A stretch of 61,774 nt of DNA, from positions 1-61,774 of the forward strand of contig CAZABG010000003.1 in assembly GCA_964483465.1 (NCBI GenBank), in the 5' to 3' direction. This DNA comes from an uncultured bacterium (lineage in GTDB: Bacteria; Chlamydiota; Chlamydiia; Chlamydiales; Parachlamydiaceae). Under the pieces are notes generated by a model. It saw only the letters and a list, made by a program, of their open reading frames with translations, did not search any database and was not told the DNA's origin. The number at the start of each line of letters is the position of its first letter. The stretch's first letter is position 1. Positions 8,064-17,579 of the stretch are shown one piece after another. The position numbers and the translations under genes are program-made.

Positions 8064-8815
8064 TTTCTTCTCTCGACATGAAGCGTGATAATTTTATTGT
8101 GGGGAGAATAATTTCCCGTTACGTTGAATACCGGTATTAAAGTTTCAGCAAACGGGCTATTTGGCGCGTAAATTGTTTTATACTGTTCTGGATAAAACAC
8201 AGTGCTTACTTTTACGGGTTTGTAAGCCTCTTTTCCTAGACTTCTAATATATTTATGAAAATCAAGTTCTCTCAGAGAGGCACCGAGTTTCATGCCGTTC
8301 ATAAAATATTCAGCGCATTCGCAGAAGGTTTTTGCGCCTTCCTTGCTGTTTAGGAATTCAATCTCCGGATCCGATAAACCCTTTAACAAATCGTGTTTTA
8401 AGCTTCCTTCGCACAAAATAAATTTTGCGGGTATCAGCGCTTGAATTTTAGCGTCTTGAAATAGCGAGAGTACGCTCAGTTCCGTGCTATCTATAATGCT
8501 TCCTTGTATGTATCGAGATTCGCTATCGGAAAAATCAAATACAGCAACCGTTTGAAGGAGGGGATCGCAAAGGGGAAGAGTGGCTTTTGCCTCTTTAATT
8601 TCCCTCTTTGTAAACGGATTTGTGGGGATAAATGCTTGGCAAACCCCGTTTTTAGTAAAAATATCCTGGACGCGTCCCTCAGTTGGGGAAGTTTCAAGAA
8701 AGGTAAATGTTCTTATGAACGACGTTTCCTGCGATTTGAAAGTAAGCGAAAGCTCATACGCGCTTTCATGAAGCGGTTTGGTCGAGAATGACACGGAAGT
8801 AAAATTGGTAATCAT
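8060..8815 (-). CDS. Hypothetical protein (251 aa) translationally coupled to dapF
   Basis: A 4-nt ATGA overlap with the dapF start. No recognisable motif. Confidence 0.6.
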   Translation of the reverse strand: MITNFTSVSFSTKPLHESAYELSLTFKSQETSFIRTFTFLETSPTEGRVQDIFTKNGVCQAFIPTNPFTKREIKEAKATLPLCDPLLQTVAVFDFSDSESRYIQGSIIDSTELSVLSLFQDAKIQALIPAKFILCEGSLKHDLLKGLSDPEIEFLNSKEGAKTFCECAEYFMNGMKLGASLRELDFHKYIRSLGKEAYKPVKVSTVFYPEQYKTIYAPNSPFAETLIPVFNVTGNYSPHNKIITLHVERRK

Positions 8816-8862
8816 GAATAAAAATTAACAAATATTGCATATTTATGCAATATAATGCGGTT

Positions 8863-10113
8863 TTATTCAGTTTTTAGCTTGACTACCGTTTCGACATGCG
8901 CCGTTTGGGGGAACATATCAAATGCCTTAACCGCCTCAATTTTATAGCGCTCTTTGAGTGATTTTAAGTCTCTTGCAAGCGTTGATGGCATGCATGATAT
9001 GTAAACTAATTTCTTAACTTTCTTTTCAAGCAATGCATTCAGGACCTTACTATGCACGCCTTCCCTTGGAGGATTCATAATAACGGCGTCCATCTGCGTC
9101 TTTAATGCATTGTCAATCAGCTCTTCGACCAAACCGGTTTCAAAGTGAGCTTTTAATTGATTTCTTAAAGCGTTCTCTTTCGCAAATTTTACAGAATGTT
9201 TGTTTGATTCGATTGCTGTAACATCTTTACCCTTTAGCGCAAGCAAAAGAGAGGTGATTCCAATTCCTGAATATAGATCCAAAATTTTATGGTCGGGTTC
9301 TAGCCATTCTGTAATATCGCGATATATATTCAGGCTTTGCTTGTAATTGTTCTGGATAAAAGTTTGAGGCGAGTATTCAAAGTTTAAATCGTCAATGGAT
9401 GAATGCAGGGTGTCTATCCCTCTCTGATAAGTTTTCCCATTAGATTTAACGTGAATCCCTACGATTTGTTTATAAGATGCGGATTCGTCAATTATGGTTT
9501 TAGGGGATTTGCAATTTTCTAACTGTCCGAAAATCAAATAACCGTTCGATTTATCCTTTGTAATTTGGAGCCTTCCCGATAGATTGCGAAAAATGTTGTG
9601 CAGCGTTTTGAAAAATTCGGGATCTTCTACAAAAATGGGGCATGTAGATATGTCTAGGAGGCTTATGTTGTCTTTAAGAACGTAGCCCATTTTCCCCTTT
9701 TTAAGATGCAGAGTGATGCGCTCTCTATACGCATATTCTTGGTTGGAGGGGACGATTGTAACGTTTGGAATATCAAGTTTTCCGATTCTTACAAGAGCGT
9801 CTTCGACATTTTTGCGTTTTATTTCAAGCTGGGCGCTATATTCGATATGCTGAAATTGACAGCCCATGCATGTCCCGAAATAGGGGCATTTAGGTGTAGT
9901 TCTTAAAGGGCTCGGTTTGACGATTTCAACGATTTTAGCTTCGCCATATCCTTTTTTGAGAAGAGTGATTTCAGCGACAATTTCATCTCCAGGAGCAGTA
10001 AAGGGAACGAATAGAACAAATCCCTCAATTTTTAAAAGGCCCGATCCGCCAAAGGCGATGTCGTTAATGGATCCCTTAAGTTGCTGGCCGATTCTTAGAT
10101 TTGTCGTTGTCAT
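8863..10113 (-). CDS. 23S rRNA (uracil-5-)-methyltransferase, RumA/TrmA family, with an N-terminal TRAM domain
   Basis: A TRAM-like N-terminus, an Fe-S Cys cluster (CPYFGTCMGCQFQH), SAM motifs (LDLYSGIGITSL) and the catalytic YISCMPSTLARDL. Confidence 0.85.
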   Translation of the reverse strand: MTTTNLRIGQQLKGSINDIAFGGSGLLKIEGFVLFVPFTAPGDEIVAEITLLKKGYGEAKIVEIVKPSPLRTTPKCPYFGTCMGCQFQHIEYSAQLEIKRKNVEDALVRIGKLDIPNVTIVPSNQEYAYRERITLHLKKGKMGYVLKDNISLLDISTCPIFVEDPEFFKTLHNIFRNLSGRLQITKDKSNGYLIFGQLENCKSPKTIIDESASYKQIVGIHVKSNGKTYQRGIDTLHSSIDDLNFEYSPQTFIQNNYKQSLNIYRDITEWLEPDHKILDLYSGIGITSLLLALKGKDVTAIESNKHSVKFAKENALRNQLKAHFETGLVEELIDNALKTQMDAVIMNPPREGVHSKVLNALLEKKVKKLVYISCMPSTLARDLKSLKERYKIEAVKAFDMFPQTAHVETVVKLKTE

Positions 10114-11815
10114 TGATGATTGCTATCTCGCGTATATGAAGCTGTATGCTTGAGGGGTTAACATGAGGGGTATAGGCGATGCGAAGCGTAAGATTTTTTT
10201 TCCTTAAAGCCTGGCTTAAATGCGATTTGCCGAAGGCCATTCCTTCAAGCATCCTATCGCCCCTTACGAGAAAGAGTTTAACATTTTTCCCAAATACTTT
10301 GGGGGCCCAAGCCTGTTTTGCGGTCGTATATAAGGCGGGAGGGGGATTTTCGTTGCCATAGGGCTCAAGAAGCTTTAGAGATTCCATAAAATCAAAGGTA
10401 AGGTCTTCAAAGTTGACTTCAGCGTCCAGGTTAAGCTTAGGAATGACATCTTCGGGAGATAGCTTACTGTTTGCTTCTTCAACAAATCTTCTTTTAAATT
10501 CCTCGATATTTTCAGCTTTTAAAGAAAGGCCTGCAGCAAAATCGTGGCCTCCAAAGTTCAGTAAAATATCGCTATTAGCCTTTAGAAAATCTAATAGTGG
10601 AAAGGGATGTATAGATCTTAAAGAACCTTTGCCAATATCCTTTTCAATTGCGATAACAGCGGCAGGGCGGTTGTACTGTTTAGAAATACGAGTGGAGAGA
10701 ATGGCGATGATACCAGGATGCCATCGATCTGAATCAAGCACAATGGCTCTATTTTTTAAAATTTCCGGATGAATATTGAAAGTCTCTTCAACGTCAGAAA
10801 CCATGACCTTCTCAATTTTTTGCCGTTCAAGGTTATTGAGATTTAATTCCTGAGCCATTTTCTCTGCTTGAGTGGAATTGCGTATGAGAAGAAGTTCTAC
10901 CCCTTTTTGCGGATCGTCGATTCTTCCTAAACTATTAAGCTTTGGTGCAATTTTTGATGCGATGGAATAGCTCGAAATATCCGTAAGCTCAACGCCTGAA
11001 ATTTGAATTAACTTCGTGAGGCCGATTCTTTTGCCTTTACGCAGTTGCTGAAGACCATAGGAAACAAGTATTCGGTTTTCTCCGACAAGCGATCCCATAT
11101 CCGACACGGTCCCTAAGGCAACAAGGTCTAAATACCTTTTTAAATCGACTTTCTTAGGGGGGATTTTACCTTCCGCAACTAAAGTATTTGTAATTCCATG
11201 GGCTAGTTTAAAGGCGGTTCCCACTCCAGTCAAATCGCGGTTCGGATAGGCGTTATTAATTAGTTTTGGATTTAGCGTGGCTATGCAATGCGGAATAGTG
11301 TCTGTCGGTTCGTGATGGTCGGTTATAATGACATCCACACCCTTGATTGCCATTTGATCGATTTCAGCTGCTGCCGTAATTCCGCAGTCAACGGTAATAA
11401 GGAGTTTGCATTCATTCTTGAGGGCATATTCGAGAGCTTCGACAATAAGGCTTTGCCGTCTCATACTTCTATTCGAAATGAAGAAAAAGACGTTTGCGCC
11501 TAAAAAGCGTAAGAATTCTACAAGTAAAGCGGTCCCCGTCATGCCATCAACGTCGTTATCGCCGTAGATTAGGATATTTTCCTGCTGCGATAACGCTTGA
11601 ATCACCCTCGTTGTGGCTTTATTCATTTCCGGTAAAAGAAAGGGGTCGTGCAAGTTGGGCAGGCGAGAATAGAGGAAGTCGTGAACCTCCTCAATAGAGT
11701 TATAACCTCTCGAAACCAGAACTTGAGCTATGGCCGGATGGATCTTATACTCTTTAATAATTGCTTCTTTTAGGGCTTCATTTTCTCGGGGGAAAATCCA
11801 TTTGGGTTCGTTCAC
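10076..11815 (-). CDS. recJ: Single-stranded-DNA-specific exonuclease RecJ
   Basis: DHH family motifs (IYGDNDVDGMTG, ITVDCG, ITDHHEP) and a DHHA1-like GGHDFAAG. GTG start. Its end overlaps the methyltransferase start by 38 nt. Confidence 0.9.
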   Translation of the reverse strand: MNEPKWIFPRENEALKEAIIKEYKIHPAIAQVLVSRGYNSIEEVHDFLYSRLPNLHDPFLLPEMNKATTRVIQALSQQENILIYGDNDVDGMTGTALLVEFLRFLGANVFFFISNRSMRRQSLIVEALEYALKNECKLLITVDCGITAAAEIDQMAIKGVDVIITDHHEPTDTIPHCIATLNPKLINNAYPNRDLTGVGTAFKLAHGITNTLVAEGKIPPKKVDLKRYLDLVALGTVSDMGSLVGENRILVSYGLQQLRKGKRIGLTKLIQISGVELTDISSYSIASKIAPKLNSLGRIDDPQKGVELLLIRNSTQAEKMAQELNLNNLERQKIEKVMVSDVEETFNIHPEILKNRAIVLDSDRWHPGIIAILSTRISKQYNRPAAVIAIEKDIGKGSLRSIHPFPLLDFLKANSDILLNFGGHDFAAGLSLKAENIEEFKRRFVEEANSKLSPEDVIPKLNLDAEVNFEDLTFDFMESLKLLEPYGNENPPPALYTTAKQAWAPKVFGKNVKLFLVRGDRMLEGMAFGKSHLSQALRKKNLTLRIAYTPHVNPSSIQLHIREIAIINDNDKSKNRPAT

Positions 11816-11954
11816 TTTCTACCTCTCTCGGGCAGAACGAAAGAATTTGGGTGCGGGCACCATTCATATGACTCCAAAAAATATTAAATCAATTTTAACT
11901 TGAACTAGTTGAATGTCAAGGAATTTATATGAACGAGAGAGAATAAGGAAGAAC

Positions 11955-12030
11955 GAAGGATGAATTTCAGCATTACTAATTTAAAAGCTCTTTAGAGCTT
12001 TTAAACTAATTTTGCAGCTATTCATCCTTC
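11955..12030 (-). terminator. Large nested hairpin downstream of secDF
   Basis: The outer inverted repeat pairs GAAGGATGAAT (11955-11965) with ATTCATCCTTC (12020-12030). It encloses a ~15-bp AT-rich stem centred on AAAAGCTCT-tt-AGAGCTTTT. It sits between the secDF stop and the recJ start. Confidence 0.4.
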
Positions 12031-12053
12031 AGCCTTCCGCCTTCATACTTCTG

Positions 12054-15000
12054 TTAGTTATGTCGGCTGGCAAGTTCCGCTTGTCTTTCTTCTCTTTCGT
12101 GCATCCACATCACGACAGGTGATGCGATAAAGAGAGAGGACAAGGTGCCGATCAACACCCCGATCGTCATAACGAGCGAGAAGGCAAAGATGGTTGAACC
12201 GCCTAGGAATACAAGCGCAAGAAGCACGAGAAGCGTTGTCCCCGATGTCATTAACGTACGGCTAAGGGTAACATTAAGAGCATGGTTAACGGCGTCTTTG
12301 AAGCTTAAGCGCTTAAGGATCTTCAGGTCTTCACGGATTCTATCAAAAACAATGATCGTATCGTTAAGCGAGTAACCGATAATCGTCATGATAGCGCCAA
12401 CTACAGTCAAGTCGATTGTAACCGGTAAGCCCATGGCGTGAAGGAAAGCTAAAATGCCTAGGGTAATGATCACGTCATGCACTAAACCGACTACTGCGCC
12501 GACCGCATACTTAAATTCGAAGCGGAAGGTGATATAGAGTAGGATCGCGGCTAATGCTATCGCCAAGCCGATGATCGCGTTATTTCTCATCGCGTCAGAC
12601 AATTGGCCTGAAACGACCGCCCAGTTATCGCCAATTTTTTCTTTTTCAAAGTCGGAGATTTTTAAACCGCCGGCTTCTAATGCTTTAACAGTCCAGTTGA
12701 TGCGAGGTATATTTTGGTAGTCGAAGGTAAAATTACCATCAACACGATCAGGCATTCCATAGAAAGGATGACCCTGTTCGTCCATGCCTGCGCCAATGCG
12801 TAGTCTAAGCTGGTTAGGAAGCGTAAGCTCGCGTACTTCAACATCAGTCGTTGACGCGCCGGCTTTTTGCAGGGCATCAAGCGCAGCAACTCGGTAGTTG
12901 ATGTCGCCAATTTGATTTTCAACTTCAACATTCAGCGAATAACCGCCCGTGAAATCCATGCCGAAAATCGTTTTACGCTCGTTGTAGAGCATATAGGATC
13001 CAAGCAGCATCACAATAAGCGAGATGATGATGGCGGGTTTTGCTTTGCTAAGGAAATCGAAATTGGTATTCGAAATCCAGTGGGACATCTTGAGCTCTTT
13101 ATTTTTGGGATTTTGGACCCATCCCGCAAAAAAGTAGCGGGTCATAAAGAGGGCGGTAAACATCGAGGAGAAGATACCGATGATCAAGGTGACGGCAAAA
13201 CCTTTAATTGGTCCTGAGTCAAATTGAATCAGGATTAAAGCGGCCATAATGGTTGTAATATTCGAGTCGAAAATCGCGCTGAACGCTTTTCTATAGCCGG
13301 CCTGGATGGCGGAGCTAATTCTTCCCGATATCACAAACTCTTCACGTATTCTCTCGAATACAAGAACGTTTGCGTCAACTGCCATACCGATCGTTAATAC
13401 GATACCCGCAATTCCAGGAAGTGTCATCGCGGCATCAAGGTTTTGGAGTACGCCCCACATAATGAGGATATTGAAAAGTACCGCAACTGTTGCGACAACG
13501 CCGGCAAAACGGTAGTAGCCGATCATGGCGATGGCGACAAGCCCGATCGCCACAAGTGACGCTACAATACCTTTTGTTCGCTCTTCAGCCCCAAGCTCAG
13601 CAGATACGTTTTGCTCCGATAGAATCTTTGGAGTAAAGCTTAGCGATCCAGCTTTTAAGTCGGCTGCGAGCTGGCTTACTTCACGCTGTGTGAAACGGCC
13701 GCTTATCGACGCGTTATCTCTTAATGCCGCTCTCAATACCGGTTTAGATATGACAGTGCCATTCAAAATAACCGCCATTCTCCAGCCGTGGCCGCCGCTA
13801 TATACCTCTTTATTCGTTCCCGCGATTTTATCTTCGGAGAAATGAGAGGTCCAAGTATAAAAGTCGTCTCTTGGCGATCCTTGAGGAGCATTTGAGCCTT
13901 CATAGGAACGTTTTACCGAGAAGCCCAAATGATTCCCTTCCGTTGCATCATAACCTACCTGAATGTTGGTCAGGCTCGACCCTTCAAGCGCATAGTTATT
14001 AAAGACAAAGATAAGGGGATGGGTTTGACCTTCCCACTGCGAGAAATCATCGCCTCTTAAAACAGCGATAGTAGAAACTTCGTCGTTAAATTGATTTGAG
14101 GTTTTTGCATCTCTTGGATTTGCAAGCTTTAAGCCATTTTCAATCAAAATCTTTGCAGATTCGCTGATAGGCTGGCTTTGCATATCCCCGTAGAAAGTTC
14201 CGCCAAGGCGCTGCCAAGCGATTTCATTCACTTGCTCTACGCTCTTACGGTTTGTTACTACCGCTTCGTTCCAAACTTCTTGCAAGAATTGGTTAACGGT
14301 ATTTCTCATTTCTCGGTTTAAATTGCCGAACTTCTCGTTAACCACATGGAATGTCATGGTAGAGGCTTTAACAAGCTCATCCGCTGACAATGCCTGAGAT
14401 CCTGGGAATTCGAGGATAATATTGTTATTCTCGATGCGTATCGTTCTTTCTGATACGCCCATCTTGTTGATACGGGTGTAAAGTTCGTTTACGGCTTGCT
14501 TTACATCATCCGGGTTTGTGACCGGCTGATTGTTTCTGTCGCGAAGACCGATGCGAACCGATTTACCGCCCGATAAGTCTAAGCCCCATTTCAGGATTTT
14601 GCGGTCATCACCTCTGAAGTATTTTTTGAAGCTTAAGACGAAGTTTGTCCAGAAAGGGTTTTGAGTGGGGTGCGGGATGTAATATTTTGCGATTGGATCG
14701 AGATCGACTTGCGCGGTTGAATATTCTTCTTTCCACTTAAGCAAGTCTTCCTGGATTTTATCGTCAATGCGGTTTCTCGCTACAATTCTTTGTTCCACAT
14801 CAGTGAAAGGAAGAATCGCTTGCTTTTTGTTGCCTTTGACGGTGAATGCTTCTCTTGTTGCTTTGAGCAAGTTTGAATAGTAGTCATCAAGTTCAAAGAT
14901 ATAGTCTTTAGAATAGGCTTTATCGATGCCGTAGGAGGCGCCGCTATAGCCGATGAATCCATTCTGCGTGAGGATGTTTTTAAGCGATTCAAGGTCTTGC

Positions 15001-16541
15001 GAAAGAGCTTCGTTCAAGCCTTTGTTTTCGCTTGTTTTCGCTTTATCAAGGATCAGGCTTAAGTTTCTTGCGATCACATAGATAGAGCTTTTTCTAAAGC
15101 CTTTTGGAGCTTCCGCATCGCTCATCGATGGAGCGTAGATAACGAGCCCCACTTTTTGAGCGTCAGCAGCTTCTTTCTTAAATGCGTCGAAATTTCTTAC
15201 AGGATAGGCATTTGCGCTAAGCTCTGGATGGGTTGTATGCCAGTTATTTTTAATTTGAGTCAGAAGGCTTTCGCTTTGTTTTTCCGCAATACCGCCAAGT
15301 TCCATTGAAAGGAAGCTTTGCGCGTCAGGAAGAGAGGATAGTTTTACGGCAAATTGATTGTCGTTTGGCTGAATCTCTTCATCCGTTTCTCTTGATACGG
15401 TTACAATTTCGTTATAAAGGAGGCGGTTAAGCTCTTCCTGGGTATACGCTTCTGTTTCCGATTTAACTTCTTTCAGTCTCGCGGAATCGATATCATTGTA
15501 GAATTTCAAGCTGATAAGGTCGCTATCTAGATCGATTATCAAAGCTTCAACAAATGGATTCGAATTCTTTAACGAGAGGATCATCGGCTCGCGCGAATAC
15601 TTAAGAGACTGAAGATTTTTTCTTACTTCAGCTTGAGTCAATGCGGTAGATGACGCTTTAATATCAGCTTCGTTTTTCTTTAGAATCTCTTTTGCTTTGT
15701 CGAGTGTTTTGATGCTGCGATCAATTTGAGCAAGCTCTTCGCCCTTAGCTTTTTCTTTTTTTGCTAAAAGACGTGTTTTGATCGTATCAATTTGTCCTTG
15801 CCACTGGGTTAATGCACCCGTTTTGCTTCCTTGAAGAAGATGCGAGTAGTATCGTTTTGCAAGGCTTGGAATTCTTTGAAGCAATCTGTCGTTTTGAACG
15901 AGCTGTTCTGAAATATTTTGCACAGCCTCTTCGGCATTTGCACCTTTTTGCTCGGATGCAGCATCAAGAATGGCAGCGAATTCGCTCGTGCCACCGAAGC
16001 TTGAAGCAAGCGTTTCCGCTCTGTCGTAGACGAGATCGAGATAGCCTTGTGAATAGCTGCCTTTTTCGTTCATCTTTGGGATGAACTTAAAGAGTTTTTT
16101 CAGGTCGGCATCGTTCATATTAACGCCGATTTGACGGGCAATAAGAACGGACTCTTTATCGCTTTCTCCGGAATAGAGTTCGAGCTGGGCCGGAACGAAA
16201 GGAATCATTTTCCCCGCATTTGGCAAAAACCGTCTAAAACGGTCAGCTTCCTCTCCGTTTTGGAAAGTCACCGAAATGAGTTTTGGATCTTGTTCATTAA
16301 GTGTAATGGCTTTCGGTTTTACTCCCAGTAGTTTTGAGAAGGAGTAGAGCCAATCTATTGCTTCGGGCTCGAGTGTATTGACTCTTGATGCGATTTCTGT
16401 CGCAACGGTATATGCTCTCTCATTATTAATAGGTTCATGAAGCGGTTTTGTGTAATAGAAGAGAGTAGGCAATATATTGTATAGAGTCAAAAGAGTGACC
16501 GTCACGATGAGCCAGAACTGCCAGCGCTTTTGTTTTTCCAT
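12054..16541 (-). CDS. secDF: Fused protein-export membrane protein SecD/SecF (1495 aa)
   Basis: A single ORF with a very long periplasmic N-terminal region followed by two RND-like TM bundles (GIAGIVLTIGMAVDANVLVFERIRE and IIGYSLNDTIIVFDRIRED). Fused long SecDF proteins are typical of Chlamydiae. Confidence 0.9.
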   Translation of the reverse strand: MEKQKRWQFWLIVTVTLLTLYNILPTLFYYTKPLHEPINNERAYTVATEIASRVNTLEPEAIDWLYSFSKLLGVKPKAITLNEQDPKLISVTFQNGEEADRFRRFLPNAGKMIPFVPAQLELYSGESDKESVLIARQIGVNMNDADLKKLFKFIPKMNEKGSYSQGYLDLVYDRAETLASSFGGTSEFAAILDAASEQKGANAEEAVQNISEQLVQNDRLLQRIPSLAKRYYSHLLQGSKTGALTQWQGQIDTIKTRLLAKKEKAKGEELAQIDRSIKTLDKAKEILKKNEADIKASSTALTQAEVRKNLQSLKYSREPMILSLKNSNPFVEALIIDLDSDLISLKFYNDIDSARLKEVKSETEAYTQEELNRLLYNEIVTVSRETDEEIQPNDNQFAVKLSSLPDAQSFLSMELGGIAEKQSESLLTQIKNNWHTTHPELSANAYPVRNFDAFKKEAADAQKVGLVIYAPSMSDAEAPKGFRKSSIYVIARNLSLILDKAKTSENKGLNEALSQDLESLKNILTQNGFIGYSGASYGIDKAYSKDYIFELDDYYSNLLKATREAFTVKGNKKQAILPFTDVEQRIVARNRIDDKIQEDLLKWKEEYSTAQVDLDPIAKYYIPHPTQNPFWTNFVLSFKKYFRGDDRKILKWGLDLSGGKSVRIGLRDRNNQPVTNPDDVKQAVNELYTRINKMGVSERTIRIENNNIILEFPGSQALSADELVKASTMTFHVVNEKFGNLNREMRNTVNQFLQEVWNEAVVTNRKSVEQVNEIAWQRLGGTFYGDMQSQPISESAKILIENGLKLANPRDAKTSNQFNDEVSTIAVLRGDDFSQWEGQTHPLIFVFNNYALEGSSLTNIQVGYDATEGNHLGFSVKRSYEGSNAPQGSPRDDFYTWTSHFSEDKIAGTNKEVYSGGHGWRMAVILNGTVISKPVLRAALRDNASISGRFTQREVSQLAADLKAGSLSFTPKILSEQNVSAELGAEERTKGIVASLVAIGLVAIAMIGYYRFAGVVATVAVLFNILIMWGVLQNLDAAMTLPGIAGIVLTIGMAVDANVLVFERIREEFVISGRISSAIQAGYRKAFSAIFDSNITTIMAALILIQFDSGPIKGFAVTLIIGIFSSMFTALFMTRYFFAGWVQNPKNKELKMSHWISNTNFDFLSKAKPAIIISLIVMLLGSYMLYNERKTIFGMDFTGGYSLNVEVENQIGDINYRVAALDALQKAGASTTDVEVRELTLPNQLRLRIGAGMDEQGHPFYGMPDRVDGNFTFDYQNIPRINWTVKALEAGGLKISDFEKEKIGDNWAVVSGQLSDAMRNNAIIGLAIALAAILLYITFRFEFKYAVGAVVGLVHDVIITLGILAFLHAMGLPVTIDLTVVGAIMTIIGYSLNDTIIVFDRIREDLKILKRLSFKDAVNHALNVTLSRTLMTSGTTLLVLLALVFLGGSTIFAFSLVMTIGVLIGTLSSLFIASPVVMWMHEREERQAELASRHN

Positions 16542-16660
16542 CTTTAGTCGATTCCTTTAAAACGGATTGAAGGATTGCACATGAGCCAAAGTCAATCACA
16601 CTGAAATTCTTTGTGATAAACTGAAACTCAAGGTATTAAAATATCAAATATTTAACGATT

Positions 16661-17479
16661 ATGTCCAGTCTTACCCTAAAAGAGATGCCGCTTATCAAGA
16701 ATTGGCTTGAAAAATTGGGCTCGCCCGCATCTGAATATAGCTTTGCCAATCTCTATTTATTCAGGGATGTGCACGATTATAGCCTAGAGACCGATTATTT
16801 ACCTCTGATAAGAGGAAAAACACGGCAAGGCGATCGATTTATCATGCCCCTTTCAAAGCCATACCTTCCCTATTTAAGCCTTCTCAAAGAGGGGGAGTAT
16901 TTATTCCCAATAACCGAGCTCGATGGGCTTGAAGACTATCCTCATAAAGCCCTAGAAGGGGAAAAGGACTATATGTATGAGGTTAATAAATTAAAACACC
17001 TGCCGGGAAGAAAGCTTGCATCCCGCCGTAATTTACTTCACCAGTTTGAGAATGCAGTTGATCCCCGTATAGAAAACCTCGCTCCTGAACGAGTCAACGA
17101 TGCCCTGACAGTTCTTGATAAATGGCATAATGACAAAGAAGGAGATTATGAGTCGTGTAAAGAGGCGCTCATTTTAATGGAGGATTTGGGGCTTTTTGGC
17201 ATCATTGTTTATAACGCGAGCCATCCTATCGGATTTGTTTTAGGTGAAATGCAAAATCAAGAAAACTACCTTATGCATTTTGCGAAAGCGGATCATGAGC
17301 AAAAGGGAGTGACGCCCTTTTTATATCAAACCGTCGCAAGCCGCCTTGATGAAAAAGTAAAGTGGATGAACTTAGAGCCGGATTTAGGGATTGAAGAGCT
17401 TAAGCAGGCTAAAGAGGCTTATCAGCCTGATTTGTTGTTGAGTAAATTTAGAGTGTATAAGAAGGATCAACAATTGTAG
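16661..17479 (+). CDS. DUF2156-like protein (related to the C-terminal domain of phosphatidylglycerol lysyltransferase)
   Basis: The size (272 aa) and N-terminal pattern ..SPASEYSFANLYLFRD.. recall the DUF2156 family. This call rests on memory of the family only. Confidence 0.45.
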   Translation: MSSLTLKEMPLIKNWLEKLGSPASEYSFANLYLFRDVHDYSLETDYLPLIRGKTRQGDRFIMPLSKPYLPYLSLLKEGEYLFPITELDGLEDYPHKALEGEKDYMYEVNKLKHLPGRKLASRRNLLHQFENAVDPRIENLAPERVNDALTVLDKWHNDKEGDYESCKEALILMEDLGLFGIIVYNASHPIGFVLGEMQNQENYLMHFAKADHEQKGVTPFLYQTVASRLDEKVKWMNLEPDLGIEELKQAKEAYQPDLLLSKFRVYKKDQQL

Positions 17480-17499
17480 CGTTCATGCCCATTCTTAAT

Positions 17500-17542
17500 G
17501 GGAAAAGAAAAAGGCGGTAAGATGAACTTCATCTTACCGCCT
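17500..17542 (-). terminator. Intrinsic terminator downstream of the nucleotide transporter gene
   Basis: AGGCGGTAAGATGAA-C-TTCATCTTACCGCCT gives perfect 15-nt arms at 17512-17542. On the minus strand it is followed by TTTTTCTTTTCC. A second 7-bp hairpin, GGAAGGA-TTATTGA-TCCTTCC, lies at 17549-17569. Confidence 0.7.
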
Positions 17543-17579
17543 TTCGGGAAGGATTATTGATCCTTCCGCCTTCAAAAAT

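Noticed and set aside
12145-16331. Antisense ORFs lie inside secDF (12867-13217, 13525-13845, 15812-16084 and others).
   Set aside because: All are embedded in the 1495-aa SecDF frame on the other strand, and none has supporting motifs or a ribosome-binding site.
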